Below, in pieces: positions 1-8,804 of a stretch of DNA of 64,000 nt. Both the position numbers and the translations under genes were made by a program. The stretch lies in the NCBI GenBank assembly GCA_963784055.1, contig CAWAPY010000012.1:174865-238864 (forward strand), in the 5' to 3' direction. This stretch comes from an uncultured Actinomycetota bacterium (GTDB lineage Bacteria; Actinomycetota; UBA4738; HRBIN12). The notes beneath the pieces were generated by a model that was given only the letters and a program-made list of their open reading frames with translations, searched no databases and had not been told where the DNA came from. How positions within the stretch are numbered: the stretch's first letter is position 1; every line of letters starts with the position of its first letter.

Positions 1-402
1 CACCTCGCGCAGCTCATAGACCCCGTGCCGGAAGACGATCGCCGCGTCCACGCCGTGCTCGGCCGTCCACGCGCCGACGAACGCCTCGACCTCGGGGATC
101 GCGGCCACGACCCCGGGCAGGTCCTGGCCTTCGGCGATCATCCGGTCGACCAGCGCGTCGAGTGCCGCATCGTTCGAGGGCTGGGCGAGGACGAGGTTGA
201 ACGGCGGTGTCCGCAAGGCCGCCCCGGTCACCTCGTCCCCGTCGGAGGCCACCCAGAGGTCGAACACAGGATGGAGGTCGGGCTTCTGCAAGAGGGTCGA
301 GGAGATCCCGAGGATGAGGTTGTGCCGGGTCTCGTCGCGCACGAGATACGGTGTGGCCACCTCACGGAAGGCGGCGACGTCGTCGAAACGGCGGACCTGC
401 AT
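1..402 (-). CDS. GNAT-family acetyltransferase, N-terminal part (runs off the window edge)
   Basis: Manual translation from ATG at 402: MQVRRFDDVAAFREVATPYLVRDETRHNLILGIS...GAALRTPPFNLVL...LPGVVA, typical of the COG3393-like GNAT N-terminus. Not in the ORF track because the stop is outside the window. Confidence 0.7.
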   Translation of the reverse strand, partial: MQVRRFDDVAAFREVATPYLVRDETRHNLILGISSTLLQKPDLHPVFDLWVASDGDEVTGAALRTPPFNLVLAQPSNDAALDALVDRMIAEGQDLPGVVAAIPEVEAFVGAWTAEHGVDAAIVFRHGVYELREV

Positions 403-557
403 CGCGAGACGGTAGCGCAGCACGCCACCCCGCAGGCGGAGATCGCAGCGTGTGACCTGCGCGTTCGGCGGGTACGGCCATTGACGGTCCGGGCGGCTTC
501 GCTCACACTGGCGCCCTATCGCGCGGGATCCGCGCACCGAAAGAAGGGACAGCTCAC

Positions 558-920
558 ATCGCAGAGATCGAGGTCGGCGCGGTGATCGACGGCACCGTGG
601 CCCGCATCACCCCGTACGGGGCGTTCCTCCAGCTCGAGGACGGACGTCTCGGGCTCGTGCACATCTCGGAGGTCGATCGGAACTACGTCAAGGACGTGCA
701 CGATCACCTCCGCGAGGGAGACGTCGTCCAGGCGAAGGTCGTCGCCATCAAGGAGGACGGCAAGATCGATCTCTCGATCAAGGCGCTGCAGGATCCGGCG
801 CCGCCGCGCGCGCGGCGCGGGTCGGACCCCGAGTTCGAGCAGATGCTGAAGAAATTCATGCGCCAGTCCGAGGAGCGACTGGTCGAGTACAAGCGCGCGG
901 TTGAGCACAAGCGCAAGTAG
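558..920 (+). CDS. S1 RNA-binding domain protein (YabR/YugI-like)
   Basis: S1 motif GTVARITPYGAFLQL..GLVHISEV..KIDLSIK and C-terminal FEQMLKKFMRQSEERL. The ORF track starts at GTG 582, but the in-frame ATC at 558 follows an SD-like AAGAAGGGA (541-549) and restores AEIEVG. Confidence 0.85.
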   Translation: MAEIEVGAVIDGTVARITPYGAFLQLEDGRLGLVHISEVDRNYVKDVHDHLREGDVVQAKVVAIKEDGKIDLSIKALQDPAPPRARRGSDPEFEQMLKKFMRQSEERLVEYKRAVEHKRK

Positions 921-923
921 TCC

Positions 924-2309
924 GTGAGCGACGAGCTCCGGGCGAGCGATCTCGACGCCGTCCGCGAGCAGCTCGGCCGCGAACCCACCGTCCCCTTCTC
1001 GGTGGTGGCACGCTGCAGCGACGGTCATCCGCTCGTGATCCGGAACCGTCCGATCGATGCCGATGGGCACCCCTTCCCCACGATCTACTGGCTGACCTGC
1101 CCCACCGCGGTGAAGTCGGTGTCGCGACTCGAGTCCGATGGCTGGATCGCTCGTCTCGGCGACGATCCCGAGCTCGCGGAGAGGATCGAGCAGGCGCATG
1201 CCGCTTACGCGTCCGAGCGCGGACAGATGGCAGCCGGCGCCGAGCGGTGGGGTGGGGTCGGCGGGACCGCTCACGGTCTCAAGTGCCTCCACGCGCACTA
1301 CGCGTACCACCTCGCCGGTGGGGACGACGCCGTGGGTGCGTGGACGGCAGCGAGGGCGGAGCCCGTGCACGGGCCCGAGCTCGGCGGGAGGGTCGCAGCG
1401 ATCGACCAGGGCACGAACTCCACGCGGCTCCTCGTGCTGCAGCCTCGCGATGGCGAGCCGGTCGAGATCTCCCGAGACATGGTCATCACGCGGCTGGGGA
1501 AGGGCGTCGACGAGAGAGGAACGCTTGATCCCGCGGCGATCGAGCGTGCGGCGGACGCGATCGCGCGGTTCCGACGCCGTGCCCAGGCGTTGCACGCCGC
1601 CGAGGTCCGGATCGGGGCAACGTCGGCGGTCCGTGACGCGAGCGATCGGGGCGACTTCCTCTCGCGCGTGCGGGACGTGGCGGGGATCGAGCCAGAGGTG
1701 ATCGACGGTGAACGGGAAGCGGCGCTCTCGTTCCTGGGGGGGACCCGAGGCCTCGATCCCGCCGACGGCCCGTTCCTCCTGGTCGACGTCGGGGGCGGAT
1801 CCACGGAGTTCGTCCTCGGGCGGGAGCCCGGCGTCGTGGAGCATGCGATCTCCACGCAGATGGGGAGCGTGCGGCTCACCGAGCGGGTGCAACCGTCCGA
1901 TCCGCCGACCAGTGACGACCTCCGGCGCTTCGGGGAGCTCGTCCTCGCGCGGCTCGACGAGGTCGAGCGCACCGTGCCGGTCGGGGAGAGCCGCACGTTC
2001 GTGGCGGTCGCGGGCACCGCGACCACGCTCCAGGCGTGCGCGCTCGGGCTCGAACGCTACGACCCCGACCTGATCCACCGCTCGACGCTCACGCTCGCCG
2101 ACGCCGAGCGGACGCTCCGGGAGCTCGCCGCGATGACGAACGACGATCGCGCCGCGATCCCGGTCATGCCGACGGGTCGCGGGGACGTGATCGTCGCGGG
2201 GGCCTCGATCCTCGTGCACGCGATGCGGCGGTTCGGGTTCGAGCAGGCCCTGGTCAGCGAGACCGACATCCTGGACGGCCTCGCCCTCGAGCTGTTGGGC
2301 GTCCGGTAA
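924..2309 (+). CDS. DUF501 domain fused to Ppx/GppA exopolyphosphatase
   Basis: N-terminal DUF501 motifs (GHPFPTIYWLTCP, GVGG..KCLHAH) followed in frame by the Ppx motifs RVAAIDQGTNSTRLL, VDVGGGSTE and VSETDILDG. Confidence 0.9.
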   Translation: MSDELRASDLDAVREQLGREPTVPFSVVARCSDGHPLVIRNRPIDADGHPFPTIYWLTCPTAVKSVSRLESDGWIARLGDDPELAERIEQAHAAYASERGQMAAGAERWGGVGGTAHGLKCLHAHYAYHLAGGDDAVGAWTAARAEPVHGPELGGRVAAIDQGTNSTRLLVLQPRDGEPVEISRDMVITRLGKGVDERGTLDPAAIERAADAIARFRRRAQALHAAEVRIGATSAVRDASDRGDFLSRVRDVAGIEPEVIDGEREAALSFLGGTRGLDPADGPFLLVDVGGGSTEFVLGREPGVVEHAISTQMGSVRLTERVQPSDPPTSDDLRRFGELVLARLDEVERTVPVGESRTFVAVAGTATTLQACALGLERYDPDLIHRSTLTLADAERTLRELAAMTNDDRAAIPVMPTGRGDVIVAGASILVHAMRRFGFEQALVSETDILDGLALELLGVR

Positions 2310-2321
2310 CCTCGACCGCCG

Positions 2322-3203
2322 ATGTCGAAACGGAGCAGGGATCGTCAGCTCGCGAAGCTCGCCGCCAGACGGCAGGCCGAGCGCACGGCAGCCCTCAGAC
2401 GCCGCAACCTGATCGTCGGGACTCTGGCCGGGGTCGTGGCCGTGGTCGTGGTGATCGTGGGGTTCAGCTTCCTCCTGGGTGACGGCACGGAGACGGCCTC
2501 TCCCACGCCGACACCCACGAGTCCCTCGAGCAGTCCGTCCCCGTCGGCGGAGCCCGGGACGAAGACGGGAACCGTCACGCCCACGGCGGCCACCGAGTCG
2601 GGCGAGGTCGCGTGCGGGGCGGACGAGCCGGCCAAGGCGGGGAAGCCGAAGCCGCAGTTCGCCGGGCCGCCGCCGATGGACATCGACCGGAAGGCGACGT
2701 ACACCGCCACGATGCGGACCTCCTGCGGCACGATCGTGATCGAGCTCGATCCGAAGACCGCCCCCCAGACCGTGAACTCCTTCGTGTTCCTCGCGGAGGA
2801 GGGGTACTTCGACGGGCAGTACTTCCATCGTCTCGACACCTCGATCGACGTGATCCAGGGGGGCGATCCCACGGGGAACGGCGACGGAGGGCCCGGCTAC
2901 GCGATCCCCGACGAGTTGACGGGGAACGAGTCCTACCGGCCCGGCACCCTGGCGATGGCGAACGCGGGCGCGAACACGGGCGGGAGCCAGTTCTTCCTCA
3001 TCACGGGACCGAACGGGACCAACCTCGACGGGAACCCGAACTACACGATCTTCGGGAAGGTGATCGACGGCCTCGACGTCGCGCAGCGGATCCAGAAGCT
3101 TCCGATCGTCGATCCCGATTCGGGTGAGATCTCCGGGCAGCGGCCTTCGGAGGCCGTCTACGTCGAGTCGGTGACGATCAAGAAGTCCAGCGGCGGCGGC
3201 TAG
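2322..3203 (+). CDS. Membrane-anchored cyclophilin-type peptidyl-prolyl isomerase
   Basis: N-terminal TM helix, Pro/Ser/Thr linker, then FHRL..IQGGDP..GGPGY..LAMANAG..GSQFF..YTIFGKV. Confidence 0.9.
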   Translation: MSKRSRDRQLAKLAARRQAERTAALRRRNLIVGTLAGVVAVVVVIVGFSFLLGDGTETASPTPTPTSPSSSPSPSAEPGTKTGTVTPTAATESGEVACGADEPAKAGKPKPQFAGPPPMDIDRKATYTATMRTSCGTIVIELDPKTAPQTVNSFVFLAEEGYFDGQYFHRLDTSIDVIQGGDPTGNGDGGPGYAIPDELTGNESYRPGTLAMANAGANTGGSQFFLITGPNGTNLDGNPNYTIFGKVIDGLDVAQRIQKLPIVDPDSGEISGQRPSEAVYVESVTIKKSSGGG

Positions 3204-3209
3204 GCGCCA

Positions 3210-4214
3210 TCAGCCTTCGCCGGCTCCGTCAACCAGCGCGTCGATCCCCGCGAGGATCTCCGCTTTGACATCGTCGTCCGCGAAGGAGGCGCGCACCCCG
3301 GTGCGTGCGATCTCTGCGAGGTCCGCGTCGTCGAAGCGCCAGGTGTCGCGTGCGCTCCGATAGACGTCGGTGAGCCACGCGCCGAACATCGGTGGGTCGT
3401 CGGAGTTGAGGGTGACGGTGACACCGGCGTCGCGGAGCACCCGGAACGGGTGCTCCGCGAGGGAACCGTAGACGCCGGTGGCCACATTGGAGATCGGTGA
3501 GACCTCGAGCGGGATCCCAGTGGAGGCCAGGTGTTCTACGAGCTTCGGATCGTCCACGGCGCGGACGCCGTGGCCGATCCGATCCGGCAGGTAGTGCTCG
3601 AGCGTCTCCCAGATGTTGCGCGGACCCGCCCATTCGCCCGCGTGGGGGACGGAGCGGAGCCCCGCATCCTTCGCCCGCCGGAACAACGGGCCGAATGGCG
3701 GGACCGGCGCCTGCTCGCTCCCCGCTGCGTTCAGCGACACCACGCCACGCCCGGCGAACTTCAGTGCCACCTCCAGCGATCGCTCGGCCATCTCGATGCC
3801 GCTGTCGCGCACGAGGTCGGGCGCGACGCGGGTCGTGACGCCGAAGTCGCGACGGCCGGCCTCGAGGCCGTCCAGCACCGCTTCGATCGGCCCGAACCAG
3901 TCGTCGCCGAGTCGGGGGGCGTGATTGCTCGGGGAGAAGACGACCTCGGCGTACCGGACCCCGGTGCGAGCCTCGTCCTCGCAGAACTCGTAAGCGATCC
4001 GTCGGAAGTCCTCGGTGGTTCCCAGCAACGCGCACATCGCCGTGTACTGCGCGATGAAGTCCTCGAACCCCGCGAAGCTCCAGCGATCGTTGACGAGACC
4101 GGAAGGGACCGCCGCGCCCGTCCGCTCTGTGAGCTCGCGGACGGTCGCGACTCGCATCGCACCTTCGAGGTGGACGTGCAGCTCTGCCTTCGGGAGCGTC
4201 GAGAGCTCGCGCAT
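3210..4214 (-). CDS. add: Adenosine deaminase
   Basis: Starts MRELSTLPKAELHVHLEG (ATG at 4214); motifs HAGE, RIGHG, NSDDP. A possible 1-bp error near 3235 would give the end IDAWL...* at 3200. Confidence 0.9.
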   Translation of the reverse strand: MRELSTLPKAELHVHLEGAMRVATVRELTERTGAAVPSGLVNDRWSFAGFEDFIAQYTAMCALLGTTEDFRRIAYEFCEDEARTGVRYAEVVFSPSNHAPRLGDDWFGPIEAVLDGLEAGRRDFGVTTRVAPDLVRDSGIEMAERSLEVALKFAGRGVVSLNAAGSEQAPVPPFGPLFRRAKDAGLRSVPHAGEWAGPRNIWETLEHYLPDRIGHGVRAVDDPKLVEHLASTGIPLEVSPISNVATGVYGSLAEHPFRVLRDAGVTVTLNSDDPPMFGAWLTDVYRSARDTWRFDDADLAEIARTGVRASFADDDVKAEILAGIDALVDGAGEG

Positions 4215-4264
4215 CGTGGGATGGTAGCGGTGAGCTTCGGGAGCGGGCGGGATGGAAGCGAGCG

Positions 4265-4703
4265 CTACCAGCCGCCAGTGGCGAACGCCTGTGTGTCGGC
4301 GACGCCACACGCCGGATCTGCGGCGAAGTGCGCACCGGCGCCGTCGATCTCGCGGAGGTAGAAGCAGGTGCCGGACAAGCTCATCGCCGAGACGAAGATC
4401 TCGTTCGGGATCGGATGGAGGTGAAGGTAGACCACGTCGGTGGTGAGGGGGGTGTCTCCGGCCACGTAGGTGATCGCTGCCTCGATCGCCGTCATCTCCG
4501 CGGGGACCGTCGTGTACGTGAGGGTGTCCGAGTAGTACGCCTTCTCGGCTGCGAACGCGTTCCGGACGTCGGACTGCGCGGCGCGGTCCTGGGCCCGGAT
4601 CCCGGGTCCCCAGGAAAGTCGGCAGCGCAAGCGCGATCAAGACGCCGATGATCAACACCACGACCATCAGCTCGATCAGCGTGAACCCGCGTTCGTCTCT
4701 CAC
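4265..4703 (-). CDS. Type IVa-like prepilin (N-terminal cleavage/methylation motif), 1-bp frameshift near 4602
   Basis: RG|FTLIELMVVVLIIGVLIALALPTFLG. Removing one G joins it to RIRAQDRAAQSDVRNA...SGTCF...PACG...GGW* (ORF 4265..4630). Confidence 0.85.
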
Positions 4704-4710
4704 CTGCCAT

Positions 4711-4738
4711 CTATCGGCGGGTTGGGGGACCGACCTGA
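4711..4738 (-). promoter_or_regulatory. Sigma28/WhiG-like promoter of the pilin gene
   Basis: Minus strand TCAGG-N15-GCCGATAG, ending 7 nt before the GTG start. Confidence 0.65.
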
Positions 4739-4775
4739 GGGCCGTGCTTCCTACGGAGCGATAGCATCGGACCGA

Positions 4776-4861
4776 GCCCGGGTGTCGGAACCGGTAGACG
4801 ACGGCGCCTTAAAAGCGCTTGCCCCGGAAGGGGCGTGTGGGTTCGAATCCCACCCCGGGCA
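4776..4861 (+). tRNA. tRNA-Leu, anticodon TAA (reads TTA; bldA-type)
   Basis: Acceptor stem GCCCGGG/CCCGGGC with discriminator A; D-loop GGTAGA; anticodon arm GGCGC-CT-TAA-AA-GCGCT; long variable arm GCCCC-GGAA-GGGGC; T-arm GTGGG-TTCGAAT-CCCAC. CCA is not encoded. Confidence 0.95.
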
Positions 4862-4936
4862 CGCGGGAGCACCGTTCCCGCCGGCGAGGGTCCCCCTGCG
4901 CGAGCCGGCGTCCGGGCCGTCGTAGGATGCCCGTGC

Positions 4937-5848
4937 ATGGACGGTCAACCGGCGCCTGACTTCCCGCAGCCGCCCACGTCGCAGCCCTCGATCCCGTCCC
5001 TGACCTCGCCGCCACTCCCGCCGCCACCGGCACCGCTCGGAGGCATGCGAGGGGATCGCCCGTTCAGCCTGCAACCGATGGGCGTCGGCGAGATCCTCGA
5101 CGCGGCGATCAAGCTGTATCGCTCGCAGTGGAAGCGCCTGATGGCGATCGTCGCCATCGCCCTCGTCCCGATCACGTTCCTCCAGGTGTTCATGACGCGA
5201 AGCTTGGGGAGCTCGTTCTCCACCCCATCCACGGTGCCGGAGGATGTCGACACGACCCTGATCGCGGGAGGCGTCGTGGCACTGATCGAATTCCTCGTGG
5301 TGCAGCCCTTCCTCATCGCGGCGATGGCGAAGGCCTCCGCGGACGTCTACCTCGGCCACCCCGTGCTCGTCGGGCCGACGTTCCGGTTCGCGGTCTCGCG
5401 GATCCACTCGATCCTGTGGATCACGATCCTGTCGGCGCTCGCGATGCTCCTCGGCTTCGTGCTCCTGATCGTCCCTGGCGTCATCGTCCTGGTGCGCTTC
5501 TTCTTCGGGTCGACGGTGTTCGTCATCGAGGGGAAGAAGGAATCGAAGGCGCTCGGGCGATCATGGAGGCTGGCGAAGGGGCACTTCTGGAAGATCCTCG
5601 GGACGTTCCTGCTGGCATCGATCATGGCCGCCATCGTGCAAGGGGTCCTGGCCATCCCTGGGGAAGCCGCCTTCGCTGCGATCGGTCCGGCGGGGTGGCC
5701 CCTCTACGCGATCGGTCTCTCCCTCGCCGCGATCCTCACCGCCCCGTTCACGACGCTGATCGCCGTGCTGCTCTACTTCGACCTCCGCATCCGGAAGGAA
5801 GCGTTCGACCTCGAGATCATGGCCCAGGAGATGTCGTCGCAGCAGTGA
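4937..5848 (+). CDS. Integral membrane protein, first gene of the MoxR-associated cluster
   Basis: Pro-rich N-terminus, LQPMGVGEILDAAIKLYR, several TM helices, C-terminal LLYFDLRIRKEAFDL. Confidence 0.75.
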   Translation: MDGQPAPDFPQPPTSQPSIPSLTSPPLPPPPAPLGGMRGDRPFSLQPMGVGEILDAAIKLYRSQWKRLMAIVAIALVPITFLQVFMTRSLGSSFSTPSTVPEDVDTTLIAGGVVALIEFLVVQPFLIAAMAKASADVYLGHPVLVGPTFRFAVSRIHSILWITILSALAMLLGFVLLIVPGVIVLVRFFFGSTVFVIEGKKESKALGRSWRLAKGHFWKILGTFLLASIMAAIVQGVLAIPGEAAFAAIGPAGWPLYAIGLSLAAILTAPFTTLIAVLLYFDLRIRKEAFDLEIMAQEMSSQQ

Positions 5849-6769
5849 GGCGCATCGTTCCCCTGTGTGTGGTCCTCGCGATGGGACTTCTCCTCGCGGC
5901 GCCGGCGGGGGCGCAGCCGCGGCCGGTCGATCTCGCCCGAGGAGCTCCTGGATCGGCTGAGCGCGGCGGCGGTGCTCGCGGAGGAGGGGGTCGCCGACCC
6001 TTCACCGTCCCGGATGCGCGAGGTGGAGGAGGCGATGGGCCTTCCCACCCTCGTGCACCTCGACGGCGTCGAGGTGGCGGTTCCACTCGATCCGGTGGTG
6101 GCGACGCTCACCGGCGCGCGCGCCGAGGACTTCCGCCGGGCGGCCGACCGCGTCGGAGCGCTGCGCGATTCGCTCGAACGAGCGATCTCGGCGGCCGAGG
6201 TCGACGCGGACGACGTCGAGGCCGCGCTCACCGACGCCTACCGTGGTGTCCTGCAGGTGGATCCCGGGATCGTCGAGCGGATCCGCCGCGCGATCGGGGA
6301 GCTGATCCAGGGTCTGCTCGCACGGCTCTTCTCGTTCCAGGGGGCCGGCACGATCGTCGCCTGGGCCGTCCTCGTCGGACTCGGGATCCTCGCCTTCTGG
6401 CTCATCCGCAGGCTGCGGCTCGTTCCCGAGACCACGATGGAGGTGGCGGGTGGCCGGACGGGCGCACCTCGCGTCGACTGGATCGCGCGCGCCGAGGACG
6501 CGGTCCGGGCAGGTGACCTCCACCTCGCCGTCCATGCCTTCTACCGAGGACTCGTGGGCGCGCTGTCGGGTCGGGGCCTGCTGATCGACGCCCCCGGTCT
6601 CACCGCCGGCGAATGCCGCTCCACCGTGCGCGCCGTCCGTCCCGAGCTGTTCGACGCCGTCGCCGATGCCACCGGAGCCTTCGAGCAGATCGCCTACGGG
6701 GGCGCCGTGCCGGAGCCGGACGACGTGGACACGCTCCGTCGAGCGGTCACGCTGGCGAGGTCGACATGA
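5845..6769 (+). CDS. DUF4129 domain membrane protein, frameshift near 5927
   Basis: GTG start overlaps the upstream stop; signal peptide in one frame, body in the next. C-terminal AVHAFYR...TAGE...FEQIAYGG motif. Confidence 0.75.
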
Positions 6770-7854
6770 GCAGGAGGATGGCGATCGTCTGGATCACGAT
6801 CGTCCTCCTGCTGGGGGTGCTCATCGCCCTGGTCCCGAGGGCCGAGTCCGGGGAGTCCACGCTCGCGTTGCGACGATTCCTCGCCGAGTCGGGGCGGGAG
6901 GTCTCGGAAGGAGGCCCGCCTCCGGAGGCGGGCGGGACCTACGTCCTCCTCCACGACCTCCGCACGCCGGACGAGGCGCGGTCCCTGCTCGCCTGGGCGG
7001 CGTCCGGCGGTCGATTGGTCGTCGCCGATCCTCGGTCGACCCTCGTGACGCTCTCGGGGGCATCCGTGGGGGAACCGGTCGGTCTCGTCGGCGCGCAGTC
7101 GCTGGAACCCGCGTGCCTGGCGGAAGAGACGCGGGGCGTACGGTCGATCGTCGTCCGGGCATCGGATCGGTCGCTCCGCGGCGGTGACCGGTTCGTGTCG
7201 TGCTTCGACGGGCACGTCCTCGTCCGGTCGCACGATCGGGGGACGCTCGTCCTGCTCGGGGGGTTCACGGCGCTCACGAACGAGCACCTCCGCACGGCGG
7301 ACAACGCCGTGCTCGCCTTGCGGCTGGCCGGCTCGGAGGGCCCGGTGGTCTTCGGCCCGCCGGTCCCCGCCGACATGGCGGCTCCGGCCACCGGGGTGTG
7401 GGGTGCGCTGCCGGAGCGGGCCAAGGTGGCGATCCTCGCGATCGGGGTCGCGGCCCTCGCGTTCGCGGCGCTCCGATCGCGCCGGCTCGGGCGGCCCCCC
7501 GTCGAGGAACCGATCGCGCCGATCCCGGCCAGTGAGCTCGTGCGGGCGACCTCGCGTCTCTACCGGCGAGCCCGGAGCCTCGGCCACGCCGCCGGCGTGA
7601 TGCGCGAGGCGACCCGAGCTCGGGTGGGTCGCCGACTCGGCGTCTCCAGGGAGAGCGAAGCGCTACCCACGGTGGCCGCGAACGTGACCGGCCTCCCCCC
7701 GGATCGCGTGGAGCAGGCACTGAGCGGTCCCGATCCGCGCACCGACGAGGAGCTCATCCGACTGGGTAGCCTCCTGTCCGAGATCGAGTCGAGGACGATG
7801 ACCACTGCAGCCGGCATCGGCACCGGCGCCGACGGCAAAGGGGAACGATCGTGA
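6766..7854 (+). CDS. DUF4350 domain protein
   Basis: ATG overlaps the previous stop; N-terminal TM; WAASGGRLVVA, NEHL..ADNAVLA, RRLGRP..E; conserved position before MoxR. Confidence 0.75.
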   Translation: MSRRMAIVWITIVLLLGVLIALVPRAESGESTLALRRFLAESGREVSEGGPPPEAGGTYVLLHDLRTPDEARSLLAWAASGGRLVVADPRSTLVTLSGASVGEPVGLVGAQSLEPACLAEETRGVRSIVVRASDRSLRGGDRFVSCFDGHVLVRSHDRGTLVLLGGFTALTNEHLRTADNAVLALRLAGSEGPVVFGPPVPADMAAPATGVWGALPERAKVAILAIGVAALAFAALRSRRLGRPPVEEPIAPIPASELVRATSRLYRRARSLGHAAGVMREATRARVGRRLGVSRESEALPTVAANVTGLPPDRVEQALSGPDPRTDEELIRLGSLLSEIESRTMTTAAGIGTGADGKGERS

Positions 7855-8801
7855 CGGAGCCGCGAGACGCGCTGAGAGCCGTGCGCGAGCAGGTCGGCAA
7901 GGCCGTGGTCGGTCAAGAGCACGTGATCTCCGGCCTCCTCGTCGCGCTGCTCGTCCGAGGCCACGTGATCCTCGAAGGGGTGCCCGGCGTCGCGAAGACC
8001 CTGATGGTGAAGGCGCTGGCACGCTCCCTGGACCTCGATTTCCGGAGGATCCAGCTCGCGCCCGACCTGATGCCGTCCGACGTCACCGGGAACGTGGTGT
8101 ACGAGGGCAGCACCGGCGAGTTCCGCTTCCGGCCGGGCCCGGTGTTCACGCACCTGCTCCTCGCCGACGAGATCAACCGCACCCCGCCGAAGACCCAGGC
8201 CGCCCTCCTCGAGGCGATGGAGGAGCACCAGGTCACCACCGAAGGAGAGAGCCGCCCGCTCCCGGAGCCGTTCCTCGTCGCGGCCACGCAGAACCCGATC
8301 GAGTTCGAGGGGACGTACCCGCTCCCGGAGGCGCAGCTGGATCGATTCCTGTTGAAGCTCTCCGTCTCCTACCCGGGCCGTGACGCGGAGCGGGCGGTCC
8401 TCGCGATGCATCACGCCGGACGGGATCCGCATGACCTCGATGCGCTCGGCGTCCGTCCGGTGGCCGGACCTGATGACCTCCGCGCCGGGTCGGACGCCGT
8501 CAAAGAGGTGCGGGTCGACGACGAGGTCGTCTCGTACATGCTCGACCTGGTGGAGGAGACTCGCCGCACGCCGGCGCTGTCCCTCGGCGTGAGTCCCCGT
8601 GGGGCGGCGATGCTCCTGACGGCGGTGAAGGCCTGGGCGTACCTCTCGCAACGCGACTTCGTGACGCCCGACGACGTGAAGACGCTTCTCCGTCCGACGT
8701 GGCGCCACCGCGTGGTGCTGCGTCCCGAGATCGAGCTCGAGGGAGCGACCGCGGACTCCGTGCTCGACGGCATCGCCGAGCGGGTCGCCGTGCCCCGCTA
8801 A
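7851..8801 (+). CDS. moxR: MoxR-family AAA+ ATPase
   Basis: Walker A GVPGVAKT, LLADEINR, ATQNPIEFEGTYPLPEAQLDRF. Confidence 0.95.
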   Translation: MTEPRDALRAVREQVGKAVVGQEHVISGLLVALLVRGHVILEGVPGVAKTLMVKALARSLDLDFRRIQLAPDLMPSDVTGNVVYEGSTGEFRFRPGPVFTHLLLADEINRTPPKTQAALLEAMEEHQVTTEGESRPLPEPFLVAATQNPIEFEGTYPLPEAQLDRFLLKLSVSYPGRDAERAVLAMHHAGRDPHDLDALGVRPVAGPDDLRAGSDAVKEVRVDDEVVSYMLDLVEETRRTPALSLGVSPRGAAMLLTAVKAWAYLSQRDFVTPDDVKTLLRPTWRHRVVLRPEIELEGATADSVLDGIAERVAVPR

Positions 8802-8804
8802 CCC

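Noticed and set aside
3210-4703. Apparent 497-aa pilin::adenosine deaminase fusion
   Set aside because: It is produced by one extra G near 4602. The pilin has its own C-terminus and stop (4265) and add has its own ATG (4214).
4862-4936. Integrative element at the tRNA-Leu 3' end
   Set aside because: No integrase and no repeat of the tRNA 3' end was seen; downstream genes are a conserved MoxR cluster.
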